DNA from: the human T2T-CHM13v2.0 reference genome, Homo sapiens
Direction: 5' to 3' (one strand)
Assembly: GCF_009914755.1 (NCBI RefSeq)
Contig: NC_060933.1
DNA: 64,000 nt
Positions 22,561 through 35,157 of this stretch are shown piece after piece. The notes beneath the pieces were generated by a model. It was not told the DNA's origin. It searched no databases and saw only the letters and a list, made by a program, of their open reading frames with translations. Positions within the stretch are counted from its first letter, which is position 1. Each line of letters begins with the position of its first letter. The position numbers and the translations under genes were made by a program.

Positions 22561-25500
22561 TGGCAGTACAGAAAGGATCCTAGGAAAAATCGGGGACTAA
22601 AGTCACCCGACTTCTGCCACACTGGATATTACGATCCACATCACAGGGGGGCGGGTGACCTCCCCCCTTGAGGGGACTAATATCACCCCCGACTCCGCCC
22701 CTGGATAAGCCGACACACATCGCATGGGAGCGGGCGCCCCCTGCCATGCAAGGAGTAATAACACCCTCCTCCCACACTCTGGATATGACCGTCCACGTTC
22801 CAGGGGGGCGAGTGCCCCCCGAGATCCAGGCAGTCATATCACCCCTATCTCGCCCCTCTGGCTCTTAGGACCCCCATCGCAGGGGGGCGAGGCGCCCCCC
22901 GCGATGCGGGGACTGAGAGCCAGCCCCTCTCGCCCCCCTGGCTCTTAGGATCCGCGGTGGTCTCACAGCCTGTTTACCATATTGTGAGTAATATCATCTC
23001 CCCCTCTGGAGATTATGAACTGGTTCACAGAGGGGTGTACACCGTCGGTGTACAGAGAATGTACACCCGTCAGTATTGGAGTAATATCATCCTCTTCCTC
23101 CCTGAATATTAAGAACAGTATCACAGGTGTGTTTCTACTCCCTGCGGTATCGCGTGTCATATCCCCCTCTCCCACGTTGCAATTAGAAACAATATCAGTG
23201 GGAGCGTGTCCACCTTCTGTCGTAGTGAACGTAATATCATCCTCTTCCCTCCAGAATCATGGGAACAATATCCCTGGGGGGGTGTCCACTTTCTGTCATA
23301 TATGTAGTCATATCACCCCCTCCGCCTTGGAATATTATTAAGGACCATCTCACACGCGGGTGTACACTTCCTGCGATGTTGGGAGTAACATCAACCTCTC
23401 GGCCTCTGAATATTAGGAAGAATATCACAGGGTGGGTGTTCACCTCCTGCTCTATGATGGGGAGTCACATCTGTCTGTTATGGGGAGTAATATCATCCTC
23501 TCCTTTTCAGGATATTAATAACAATTTCACAGGCTGGGTGAACAAAGCCTGCGATGCTGGAATTATTATCATCCTCTCCCTCTCGGCCTACTAGGAACAA
23601 TATCACAGAAGAGGTCTACACTCCCTGCGATATTGGGTGTAATATCATACGCTTCTTCCGTGAATATTAGGAGCAATATCACCGGGTGGCTGTACATTCA
23701 TTACTCTGTTGGCAGTCATGGCATACTCTACCCGCTGGGTATTAGGATCAGTGTCACAGGGTGAGTGTACACCTACTGCGATATGAAAACTAGTATCATG
23801 CTCTCCATTCCTGGATATTAGGAACAATATCACAGGTAGGTGTACACCCCCTGCGGTATTAGCACTAATAATATTACGAATTATTAAACATCAGTCTTGT
23901 TAATAATTATCAATGGTAATATTAATGGAATAACGTTATTAATCATTAATGCTTATTTTCAAGATATGATTATGCATGATTAAAATAATTAATATTAATG
24001 TCATTTTTAATAGTAGCTATTAATCTTAATAATTATTGTTTTATTACCAACATCTCATGATTGATTGAAGTAACATTAATTACTGATATCATTATTTTAT
24101 TATTAATAGTGATATTGCTATTAATTATTTATAGTAACCGTTAATATTTTCAATCCGTACTAAGTTTTACTGTCTCTACTGTAATTATTAATATAAATGA
24201 TTACTATTGTTTATATTTACTAATATTAATAATTAATATAACTGTTCCCGATATCCGTGGGGGAGAGGATATTACTCCGAATATCGCAGAAAGTGTACAC
24301 CCCTCTATGATGTTACTCCTAATAGCCAGGGGGTAGAGGATGACATTATTGAAAATATGGCAGTGGGTGTACATCCCTTCGGTCATCTTGTTCCTAATAT
24401 CCTGGGTGGGAGCGGATGATATGACTCCCAATATCGCAGGTGGCGGAGACCTCCCCCGTGATACTGTCCCTAATATCCAAAGGTGGAGAGGATGATATTT
24501 CTTCCAATTTCGCCGGGGGTGCACACCACCCTTGTGATATCGATCCTAATATCCAGGCGGCGAGAGGATGATATTAGTCTGAATATTGCAGGAGGTGTAC
24601 ACTCCCTAGGGATATTGTTCCTAATATCCAGGGACGGAGAGGATGATATCACTCCCAATATAGCAGGGGGGGAACACCCCTTCTGTGACGTTGCTCCTAA
24701 AGGGCAGCGGGGGAGAGGAAGATATTACAGCCAAAATCGCAGGGGGTGTACACCCCCTTGTGACATTCTTCCTTATATCCTGGGAGGGAGAGGAAGATAC
24801 TAGCGGCAATGTCGCAGGGGCTGTACACACCCACTGTGATATTGTTCCGAATATCCCAAGGGGGAGAAAATGATGTTACCTCCAATATCGCAGGGGGTGT
24901 ACATCCTCCTGTGATATTGTTTCTTATATTCAGGGGGAGAGGATAATATTAGTCCCAATATCGCAGGGGTTGTACACACCTCCTGCGATACGGGGAGTAA
25001 GAGCCAGCCCCTCTCCGCCCCTGGATCTTAGGACCCCCATCGCAAGGGGGTGAGGCCCCTGTGATGCAGGCATGCATATCACCCCCCTCTCCCCCCCTGG
25101 CTATGACGATCCACATTGCAGGGGGGCGGGCGCTCCCCGCGATGCGGGGAGTCATATCACCCCCCTCTCCCCCGCTGGATATGACGATCCACGGTGGTCA
25201 CACAGCGTGTTCACGTTATTGTCAATAATATCTTCTCCGCCTCTGGAAATTACCAACTATGTCACAGACGGGTGCACATCCTCTGCACTCTTTGGAGTAA
25301 TAGCATCCTCTTTCCCCTTGATATTAAGAACAATATCACAGGAGTGTTTTTACCCCTAGGGGCATTCCGTGTAGTATCATCCTCTCCCACGTTGAAATTA
25401 GGAACAATATCACTGGGGGCGTTTCCACCCCGTGCGATATTGAAAGTAACATCATCCTCTTCTCTCCTGGATCATGGGAACCATATCACTGGGGTGGTGT

Positions 25501-26640
25501 ACACTTTCTGCGGTATTGGGAGTAAGATCATCCTCTCTGCCTTGGAATATTAAGGACCATATCACAGTGGGGCTGTACACACCCTGTGCTATTAAGAAGA
25601 ATATTGTCCTCCCCTGCCCTGCACATTGCAAAAAATATATAGAGTGGGTGTACACCTCCTGCGATGGGGGGGGGGGGGGGGCGTGGTGATATCATCTTCT
25701 CTTCTTCTGGATAATGGCAACAATAGTACACGGGTTTGTACACTTTCTGTGATATTGGGAGTAATATCAATCTCTCCGCCTTTGAATATTAAGAACAATA
25801 TCACAGACTGGATGTACACCCCCTGCGATACTGGGAGTCATATCAGCCTCTCCTCTCCATGGATATTAGGAATAATATCCCAGGATGGGGGTACACCTCC
25901 TGCTGTATGGGGAGTCATATCGTCCTCTCCCTTCCTGGCTACTAGGAACAATATCAGAGGGTGGGTGTACACAGCCTGCGATATTGTGAGTAATATCACC
26001 CTCTCCCCCTCTGGATATTAGGAACAATGTCACAGAAGGGGTGTGCACTTCCTGCGATACTGGGAGTAATAGCATTCTCTTCTTCCGTGACTATTAGGAG
26101 CAAAATCACTGGGTGGATGCATAGCCAGTGCTATATTGGGAGTAACGTCATACTCCACCGCCTGGAGATTATATTCGGATCAATATCACCGGCTGGGTGT
26201 ACACCTACTGCGATATTGAACGTAATATCATGCTCTCTCCCTCCCTGGACATTAGGAGCAATATCACAGGTGGTTGTACACCCACTGAGGTATTAGGCTT
26301 AATAGCAGAATGAATTATTCCTCATTTATTATTAACATGAATATGAATGACTGATATTCATATTAATATTAAGAAATAATTGCTAATAAAAAGTTTTCAG
26401 ATTAATATTAATATTAATTATTAGGAGCTAATATTACTGTATTCTAATGAATAAGATCAATATCAGTTATTAATATCAGGCATCATTAATCATTACTATT
26501 AATCATTTATTGTTATCATTAGTATAACTATTTAATATTAATTATCATTATTATCGGTATTATTTTAAAAATTATATTATCAGTTATTAATATTGATAAT
26601 TATTAGCGTCAATTAATAATTGAGATTATTAATTGCGGTA
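22561..26640. repeat. SATR-family satellite, ~75-bp unit subtype with GC-rich variants, an inverted block (~24240-24975) and two AT-rich tracts
   Basis: Units gatattaggaacaatatcacagggggtgtacaccccctgcgatattgggagtaatatcatcctctcccccctg. Reverse-complement units (gagaggatgatatt...) at 24240-24975. AT tracts ~23865-24240 and ~26300-26635. Confidence 0.9.
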
Positions 26641-26647
26641 AGTCACA

Positions 26648-27709
26648 TTGTGCCATTCCACCCCTCCCTCGGCAGCTCGTTTACGACCCAAAACGGGGAT
26701 ACAAATGCCCCTGAGAGAGCAGCGGTATACTGGGATAGATGAGGATGGTCACGTGGTGGAGAGGTGTGTTTTTGGGTACCAGCCCTTCACCTGCATCGAC
26801 CTTCTCAACTGGAAAACCAATACACTGCCCTATACCGAAAAGCCACAAGCCCTAATTGATTTGCTCCAAACTGTTATCCAGACCCACAACCACACCTGGG
26901 CTGATTGGCACCTGTTGCTCATGTTCCTATTTAACAGCGAAGAAAGGCGGAGAGTCCTCCAAGCAGCAACTAAGTGGCTAGAGGAACATGCACCAGCTGA
27001 TTATCAAAACCCCCAAGAGTATGTAAGGACCCAGTTACCAGGAACCGACCCCCAGTTGGACCCACATGAAAGAGAGGATATGCAAAGGCTAAACCGAGAT
27101 AGGGAAGCTCTCTTGGAAGGATTAATGAGGGGAACTCAGAAGGCCACAAACTTTAACAAGGTCTCTGAGGTCATTCAGGGAAAGGAAGAAAGTCCAGCAC
27201 AATTCTACGAGAGACTGTGTGAGGCCTATCGTATGTATACTCCCTTTGATCCCGATAGCCCTGAAATCAGCGCATGATTAACATGGCTTTAGTCTGCCAA
27301 AGCACAGAAGACATGAGAAGAAAATTGAAGAAACAGGCTGGGCTTGCAGGGATGAATACATCACAATTACTAGAAATAGCTAGCCAGGTGTTTGTAAGCA
27401 GGGATGCAGTAAGCAGTAAGGAAAACAGCAAAGAGAATGGAGGTCAGGCCCGGCAAAACACCAACCTGTTTGTTAGCTGTGGCAATCAGAGGGGCCCCCC
27501 CAAAGAGGCAAGGGAAGGTGGGCCCTGGGAAAGAAACTCAGCTTGGCTGTCAGAGTTTGCAGCGTAACCAGTGTGCTTATTGTAAAGAAATAGGACAGCC
27601 GAAGAACAAATGCCCTCAGCTCAAAAGAAAACAAGGTGACTCAGAGCAGGAGGCCCCGGACAAGGAGGAAGGGGCCCTACTCAACCTGGCAGAAGGGTTA
27701 TTGGACTGA
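26648..27709 (+). pseudogene. gag: ERV gag remnant (capsid p30 and nucleocapsid)
   Basis: YQPFTCIDLLNWK...VIQGKEESPAQFYERLCEAYRMYTPFDP (major homology region). Decayed zinc knuckle CAYCKEIGQPKNKC. Frameshifts near 27270 and 27470. TGA at 27707-27709. Confidence 0.92.
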
Positions 27710-30700
27710 GGGAGACCGGGCTCAAGCGTCCCCAAAGAGCCTCTGGTCAGAATGACAGTCGGGGGTAGAGACATTGATTTTCTTGTAGATAGTGGTGCTG
27801 AACATTCGCTAGTAACCGCCCCGGTCGCCCCCTTATCCGAAACGACTATTGACGTCATCAGAGCCATGGGGGTTTCAGCAAAGCAGGCTTTCTGCTTGCT
27901 TCGGACTTGCACTGTAGGAGGACATAAAGTCATTCATCAGTTTTGGTACATGCCTGACTGTCCCTTGCCCTTTTTGGGAAGGGACTTGCTCAGCAAGCTG
28001 AGAGCCACTCTCTCTTTGACACAGCACGGCTCTTTGCTGCTAAAGTTACCCGGAACGGGAGTCATTATGACCCTTACGGTCCCCCGAGAGGAGGAATGGA
28101 GACTTTTCTTAACTGAGCCGGGCCAAGAGCGAAGACCAGCTCTGGCTAAGCGGTGGCCAACAGTACGGGGGGAAGACAACCCTCCGGGATTGGCCAGTTA
28201 AGACTGGGGCCCAGCCGGTTAGGCAAAAACAGGCCCCGGTCCCCAGAGAAGCTCTTCAAGGTATCCAGGTCCATCTCAAGCACCTAAGAACTTTTGGAAT
28301 TATTGTTCCTTGTCAGTCTCCATGGAACACTCCCCTCCTGCCTGTTTCCAAGCCATGGACCAAGGACTACCGGCCGGTACAGCATTTGCACTTGCTTAAT
28401 CAAGCTACACTGACTTTACATCCAACAGTACCTAACCCATCCACATTGTTGGGGTTGCTGCCAGCTGAGGACATCTGGTTCACCTGCTTGGACCTGAAAG
28501 ATGCTTTCTTTCCTATCAGATTAGCCCCTGAGAGGCAGAAGCTGTTTGCCTTTCAGTGGGAAGATCCGGAGTCAGGTGTCACTACGCAGTACACTTGGAC
28601 TGGACTTCCCCAAGGGTTCAAGAACTCCCCCACCATCTTCAGGGAGACATTGGCTCGAGACCTCCAGAAGTTTCCCACCAGAGACCTAGGCTGCGTGTTG
28701 CTCCAGTAGGTTGATGACCTTCTGCTGGGACACCCCATGGCAGTCGGGTGCACCAAGGGAACAGATGCCCTACACCGGCACCTGGAGGACTGTGGGTATT
28801 AGGTGTCCAAGACAAAAGCTCAGATCTGCCGACGGCAGGTACCTTACTTGGGATTTACTATCCCACAGGGGTCCGAACGCAGCCCGGGATCAGAAAGAAA
28901 GCAGGTCCTTTGCAATCTACCGGAGCCTAAGGGCAGAAGGCAGGTGAGAGAATTCTTAGGAGCTGTGGGGTTTTGTAGACTGTGGATCCCAAACTTTGCA
29001 GTATTAGCCAAGCCTTTGTATGAGGGCACAAAGGGGGCGGGCACCGGAAACCTTTGGAATGGGGATCCCAACAACAGGAAGTCTTTCATGAGTTAAAGGA
29101 AAAACTTCTGGCAGCCCCAGCCCTGGGGCTACCCGATCTGACAAAGCCTTTTCCATTGTATGCATCAGAGAGAGAAAAGATGGCAGCTGGACTTTTAACC
29201 CAAACTGTGGGGCCCTGGCTGAGGCCGGTGGCCTACCTCTCTAAACAACTAGACGGGGTTTCTAAAGGATGGTCCCCCTGTTTGAGGGCCTTGGCAGCAA
29301 CTGCCCTGCTAGAACAAGAAGCAAATAAGCTGACTCTTGGGCAAAACCTGAACATAAAGGCCCCCCATGCTGTGGTGACTTTAATGAATACTAAAGGACA
29401 TCATTCGCTAACGAATGCCAGACTCACCAAGCACCAAATTTTGCTCTGTGAAAATCCCTGTATAACCATTGAAGTTTGTAACACCCTACACCCCGCCACC
29501 TTGCTCCCGGTATCAGAGAGCCCTGTCGAGCCTGATTGTGTAGAAGTGTTGGACTCAGTTGACTCTAGCAGACCTGACCTCCGGGACCAGGCTTGGGCAT
29601 CAGTAGACTGGGAACTATATGTGGATGGGAGCAGCTTCTTCAACCCCCAAGGAGAGAGAGATGCAGGGTATGCAGTGGTAACCCTGGACACTGTTGTTGA
29701 AGCCAGATTGTTGCCCCAGGCCACTTCAGCCCAGAAAGCTGAACTCATTGCTTTCATTCGGGCCTTAGAACTCAGTGAAGGTGAGACTGTAAACATTTAC
29801 ACTGATTCTCGGTATGTCTTTTTAACCCTTCAAGTGCATGGAGCGTGATAGAAAGAAAAGGGCCTGCCTATTGAACTCTGGGGGAAAACATAGAAAATAT
29901 CAACAAGAATTCTTGCAATTATTAGAAGCAGTATGGGAACCCCACAAGGTGGCAGTCATGCATTGCAGAGGACACCAGCGAGCTTCCACCTTGCTGGGTT
30001 TGGGGAATTCCCGCGCTGACTCAGAGGCTCGAAAAGCAGCATCTGCCCCCTTCCGGGCATCAGTGCTCCCTCAAGCACCTGATCTTGGACCTACTTCTTC
30101 TAAAGAAGAAAAGGACTTTCTCCAGGTAGAGGGAAGGACAAGTGACGGAGGGAGGATGGATTCAGTTACCAGATGTGAGAATAGCTGTGCCACAGTTGCT
30201 AGGAGCTGCAGTTGTACTGGCTGTGCAAGAAATCACCCATGTAGGTCAGGAGTCACTGGAAAAGTTGTTAGGCCGGTATTGCTACATCTCACATTTGTCA
30301 GCCCTTGCCAAAATGCTGAGGCAGCGGTGAGTTACCTGCCGAGAGCATAATGCGAGGCAAGGTCCAGCCGTTCCGCCCGGCATACAAGCTTATGGAGCAG
30401 TCCCCTTTGAAGATCTCCAGGTAGACCTCACAGAGATGCCAAAGTGTGGAGGTACCAAGTATTTACTAGTTCTTGGGCGTACCTACTCTGGGTGGGTGGA
30501 GGCCTATCCAACACAAACTGAGAAAGCTGGTGAAGTAAACCCTGTGCTCCTTCGAGATCTGATTCCTAGATTTCGACTGTCCTTACGGATCAGCTCAGAT
30601 AACGGGCCTGCGTTTTTGGCTGCCTTGGTACAGAAGACGGCAAAGGTATTGGGGATCACACGGAAACTGCGTGCCGCCTCCCAGCCTCAGAGTTCCGGAA

Positions 30701-30733
30701 AGGTGGAGCGGATGAATCGGAGTATCAAAAATA
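27710..30733 (+). pseudogene. pol: ERV pro-pol remnant (protease, reverse transcriptase, RNase H, partial integrase)
   Basis: PR FLVDSGA and LGRDLL. RT LPQGFKNSP with YVDD mutated to *VDD (TAG 28707-28709). RNase H YVDGSS, SAQKAELIA, IYTDSRY. IN SDNGPAF and PQSSGKVERMNR, truncated just after it. Multiple stops and frameshifts. Confidence 0.93.
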
Positions 30734-32750
30734 GTACTATTGTCTTCCCCGCTGGATATTTAAAACAACACCACAAGGGGCGTCAAACCACCTGCTAAAT
30801 TTGAGGGAATGTTATCCTCTCCCCGCCTCCCCCGGCCCCGGATATTAGAGACAATAACACAGGGGTAATGTACACCCACTGCTTTATTGGGAGTAATATC
30901 ATCCTCTCCCTTCTTGGATATTAGGAACAATATCACACTGTGCGTGTACACCTGTCGTGAAATTCAATGGAATGTCATCCTGTGTCTCCCTGGATATGAT
31001 GAACAATATCACGGGGGATGTACAACTTCCGAGATATTGGGAGTGATATCATCCTCTCCCCTCTGGAAGTTAGGGACAATATCACAGGGGTAGTGTACAG
31101 CTTCTGGGATGTTGGGACTAATATCATCCTCCCGCCCACTGGATATTAAAAACCATATCACAAGGGACGTGTACACACACTTCGATATTGGTATTAATAC
31201 CATCATCGTCTCCCTCTTTCGATATTCGGTGCCATATTTCAGGTGGGGTATACACCACCTGCAATATTGGAAGTAATATGATTTTCTCCCCCTGGATATC
31301 AGAAACAATATCACAGGGGGGTGTCAACAACCCCTGCGATATTTGGAGGAATATCATCGTCTCCCCTCATGAATATTAAGAACAATATCGTAGGGGTGGG
31401 GGTTGTACACCCCCTTTCATATTTGATATCATCCTCTTCCCCCCTGGATATTAGGAACAATATCAGGATGTACAGACCCTGCGACCTTTGCTGTCATATA
31501 ATTGTCTCTCCCCTAGATATTAGGAAAAATGTCACTGGGGATGTGAACAGCCTTGCGATATTGGGAGTAGTATCATCCTCTCCCCCCTTGCATATTGGGA
31601 ACAACATCACAGGTGGGGTGTACTGCCTCTGCGATATTGGGAGTAAAATTTTCCTCTCTTCCCCTGGACATTAGGAAGGGTATCAGAGGGGGAGGGTGTA
31701 CATTCCCTGCCATATTCAACGTAACCTTATCCTCTCCCTCCCAGGGTATTCAGAACAATAAGACAGGAGGGGTGTACACCCCCTGCGATATTGAGAGTCA
31801 TATCATCCTCTTTCGCTCTGGATATTAGGAACAATATCACAGGGTTATGTACACCCCCTGCGGTACTGGGAGTAATATCATCCTCTCTCCCTGTGGATAT
31901 TAGGAAGAGTATCACAGGGCTGTGTAAACCCCCTCCAGTACTGGGAGTAATATCATCCTCTCTCCCTCTGGATATTAGGAAGATTTTCACAGAGGTGTGT
32001 ACACTCCCTGCGATATTGGGAGTAATATCATCCTCTCCAGCCAGGAAATGACTAACAAGGTCACAGGGGAGTGTACTCCCCTTGCGATATTGGGAGTAAT
32101 GTTGTCCTCCCCAAACCTGGATGTTAGCAACAAGATCACAGAGGGGGTGTACACACCCTGCGACATTGGAAGTAATATGATCCTCTCCCCACCTGGATAT
32201 TGGGAAAGATATCAAAGCGCGGGTATACATTTACTAAGCTGTTGGGAGTAATATCATTCTTTTCCTTTCTGGATATGATGAAGAATATCACAGGGGTGCT
32301 GTACAATTACTTCGATATTGGGAGTAATATCATCCTCTATTTTCCTGGATATTGGGCACAAAAGCACAAAAGGGTGTACAACCCCTGCGATATTGGGAGT
32401 AATAGCATACTCTCCTTCCCTGGATGTTAGAAAACAATATCATCAGGGCTGAACACCCCCCGCGATAATGGGAGTCATATTTACTCTTTCACAGGCCATT
32501 TGGAACAATATCACAGGGGATGTTTACAAACAGGGGTGGTGTACACCCCCTGTGATATTGGGAGTAACATCATTCTCTCCACCTCCGGATATTAAGAACA
32601 ATATCCCGGTGGGAGGTGGTACACCCCCAGTGATATTGGGCATAATGTCATCCTCTCCTTCCCTGGATATTAGGAACAATATCACAGGGGCTGTACACCT
32701 TCTGTGATATTGGAAGCAATATCATCCTCTTCCCCGCTGGATATTAGAAA
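30734..32750 (+). repeat. SATR-family satellite, 75-bp unit subtype (right inner array)
   Basis: gatattagga recurs at 31821, 31896 and 31971 (period 75). Confidence 0.92.
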
Positions 32751-34293
32751 AAATATCACTCATGGTGTACACCCACTGTGATATTAGGAAGAATATTACA
32801 GGGTGTACATCCACTCTGACTTTAGGAGAAATAGCTCCCTAAAATGTCACGAATAATATCACAAGGTATACAGTAATATCTCCCTAGGATATGACAAATA
32901 CTATCACAGGGTGTACACCCACTGTGATAACAGGAGTAATACATCCCAAGGATACTACCTATAATATCACAAGGCCGTGCACCCACTATGACACAGGGAG
33001 TGATATCTCCCTAGGATATTATGAATAACATCACAGAATGTACACCCATGGTGTGCACCCACGGTGATATTAGGAGTAATATCAACCCAGGACAAAACCA
33101 ATAACACCACAGGGAGTAGAGACATGATGTACACCCACGGTGATGTTACGAGAACTATCTCCCTAGGATAATACCAATAACATCACAGAGTGTACACACA
33201 TGGTATACACCCACTGTGGCACTAGGACTAATAACTTTCTAAGATATTATGAATAGCATCAGAGAACATAAACACATGGTGTACACCCAGTGTAACTTTA
33301 GGCGTAATTTCTCCCTAGGATATTACGAGTAACATCTCAGTGTGTACACACGTGGTGTACACCCACTGTGACATTAAGGTTAATATCCCCCTAGGATATG
33401 ATGAGAAACATCACAGGGTGTCCATCCATGGTGTACACGCACTGTGATGTTAGGAATAATATCTCTCTAGGATATTATGAATAATACCACAGGGTGTACA
33501 GAAACTGCGATATTAGAGGTAATGTCTCTCTAGGATACGATGAATAATATCACAGGGTGTACACCCACTGTGATACTGGGAGCAAGATCTCTCTAGGATA
33601 GTACGAAGAATATCACAGAGTGTACATCCACTGTGATATTAGGAGAAATATCTCTCTGGGATATTACGAATTATATCACAGAGTGTACACACATGGTGTA
33701 CATCCCCTTTGATATTAGGAGTAATATCTTCCTAGGACATTACAAAGAACATCGCAGAGTGTACATCCACTGGAATATTAGGAATCGTATCTCTCTAGGT
33801 GATTACAAATAATATCACAGGGTGTACACCCACTGTGATATTAGGAGTAATAACTTCCTAGGGTATTATGAATAATTTCACAGTGTGTACACACATGGTG
33901 TACACTCACTGTGATATTAGGAGTAATATCTACCGAGTAGATAACAAAGAACATCACAGGGTGTACACCCACTTTGATATTAGCTGTAATATTTTTCTAA
34001 GTTGTTACAAATAATATCACAGGGTGTACAAACAGGGTGTACACTCACTGCGATATCAGGAGTCGTATCTCCTTAATATATTATGAATAATATCACAGGG
34101 TGTACACCCACTGTATTATTAGGAGTGATATCTCTGTAGGATATTACAATTAATATCCCAGGGTGTGCAGCCACTGTGATATTAGGAGCAACATCTTTCT
34201 AGGATATTGCAGACAATATCACAGGGTGTACGCCCACTCTGATGTCAGGAGCAATATCTCCCTAGGATATCCAAAATAATATCACAGGGTGTA
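32751..34293 (+). repeat. SATR-family satellite, ~63-bp unit subtype (right outer array)
   Basis: aataatatcacagggtgtacacccactgtgatattaggagtaatatctccctaggatattac units; period 63 between 33811 and 33874. Confidence 0.92.
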
Positions 34294-34510
34294 CAATCTC
34301 TGCCTTCCAGGTTCTAAGGGATTCTCCTGCTTCGGCCTCCCGAGCAGCTAGGGTTACCCGCCACCACGCCCGGCTAATTTTTTTTTATTTTCACTAGAGA
34401 CGGGGTTCACCACGTTGGCCAGGCTGGTCTGGAACTCCTGACCTCAGGTGATCTGTCGGCCTCGGCCGCCCAAATGCTGGGATTACAGGTGTGAGCCATG
34501 GCACGCAGCC
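34294..34510 (-). mobile_element. Alu truncated at its 3' end by the satellite
   Basis: Reverse Alu starting at caatctctgccttccagg; the last ~50 nt and the poly(A) are missing. Confidence 0.9.
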
Positions 34511-35157
34511 AAGAGTTATATATTCAATTAATGTGGAAACACAGCTCCCATATTTGAGTGTGCATGTACTTTTATGAAGAAATGATGTCAGTAAACCTAA
34601 GGATGACAATAAATATGAAAAGTAACTGGCATGTTAAAAGGTCTTCCGATTAAGAACTCTAAGGTTCGATTTCGTTTTTAGATAATGCGGTCCTAGCTCT
34701 TGTATCATCCTTTTACATATTCTACATCAAAGGAATTTGTCGCATGGTGTCAGAATAAAACAGAGTGTATTTCACTGCTTCTTAATTTCTTTCAATTAGA
34801 CTGAGATCTTTTTCTTAAAGAGAGAAGAGCATCTTCATTGCATTTTATTTTTTCTGAAAAGAGTAGGCCGTATTTTACTGAGATCATGGATTTGTTATAT
34901 ATTACGTTTTGGTCTTCTAACATTCTTCAGTGGATTTTCTCTAAAGTAGTATGTACAGAAGGAGTTGAATAGCAAAAAAGTAAATCATGTAATAATTCTG
35001 AGACTTTTGGGCTTGTCACAACTGAGAAATATTGCTGACAGTGTATGGTCCTCAAGTGTGAAAATGTTCCTTGTGAATTGCTTGCATCCAAAATATACAC
35101 ACAGCATTAAGGGCTGGTTTTTATCTTTTATTTTTCCAATCCTCTTTTCTTCCCAAG

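Larger units (their letters stand above)
26645..30733 (+). mobile_element. HERV-E-like (gammaretroviral class I ERV) internal gag-pol fragment; no LTR, PBS, MA or env
   Basis: Continuous CA-NC-PR-RT-RNaseH-IN homology over ~4.1 kb, bounded directly by AT-rich/satellite DNA on both sides. Confidence 0.9.

Noticed and set aside
25666-25681. G16 homopolymer
   Set aside because: An expansion of a G-run within a satellite monomer; length may be a sequencing artefact.
22145-32707. Many ORFs with GVISSSP / CTPPAILG repeats
   Set aside because: These are translations of the 75-bp (25-codon) satellite monomer; nothing suggests a coding function.
20104-34293. CRISPR-like array of palindromic repeats next to an RT/integrase
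   Set aside because: The sequence between palindromic cores is itself repeated (no unique spacers), no cas genes are present, and the context is primate DNA. It is a satellite around a dead ERV fragment.
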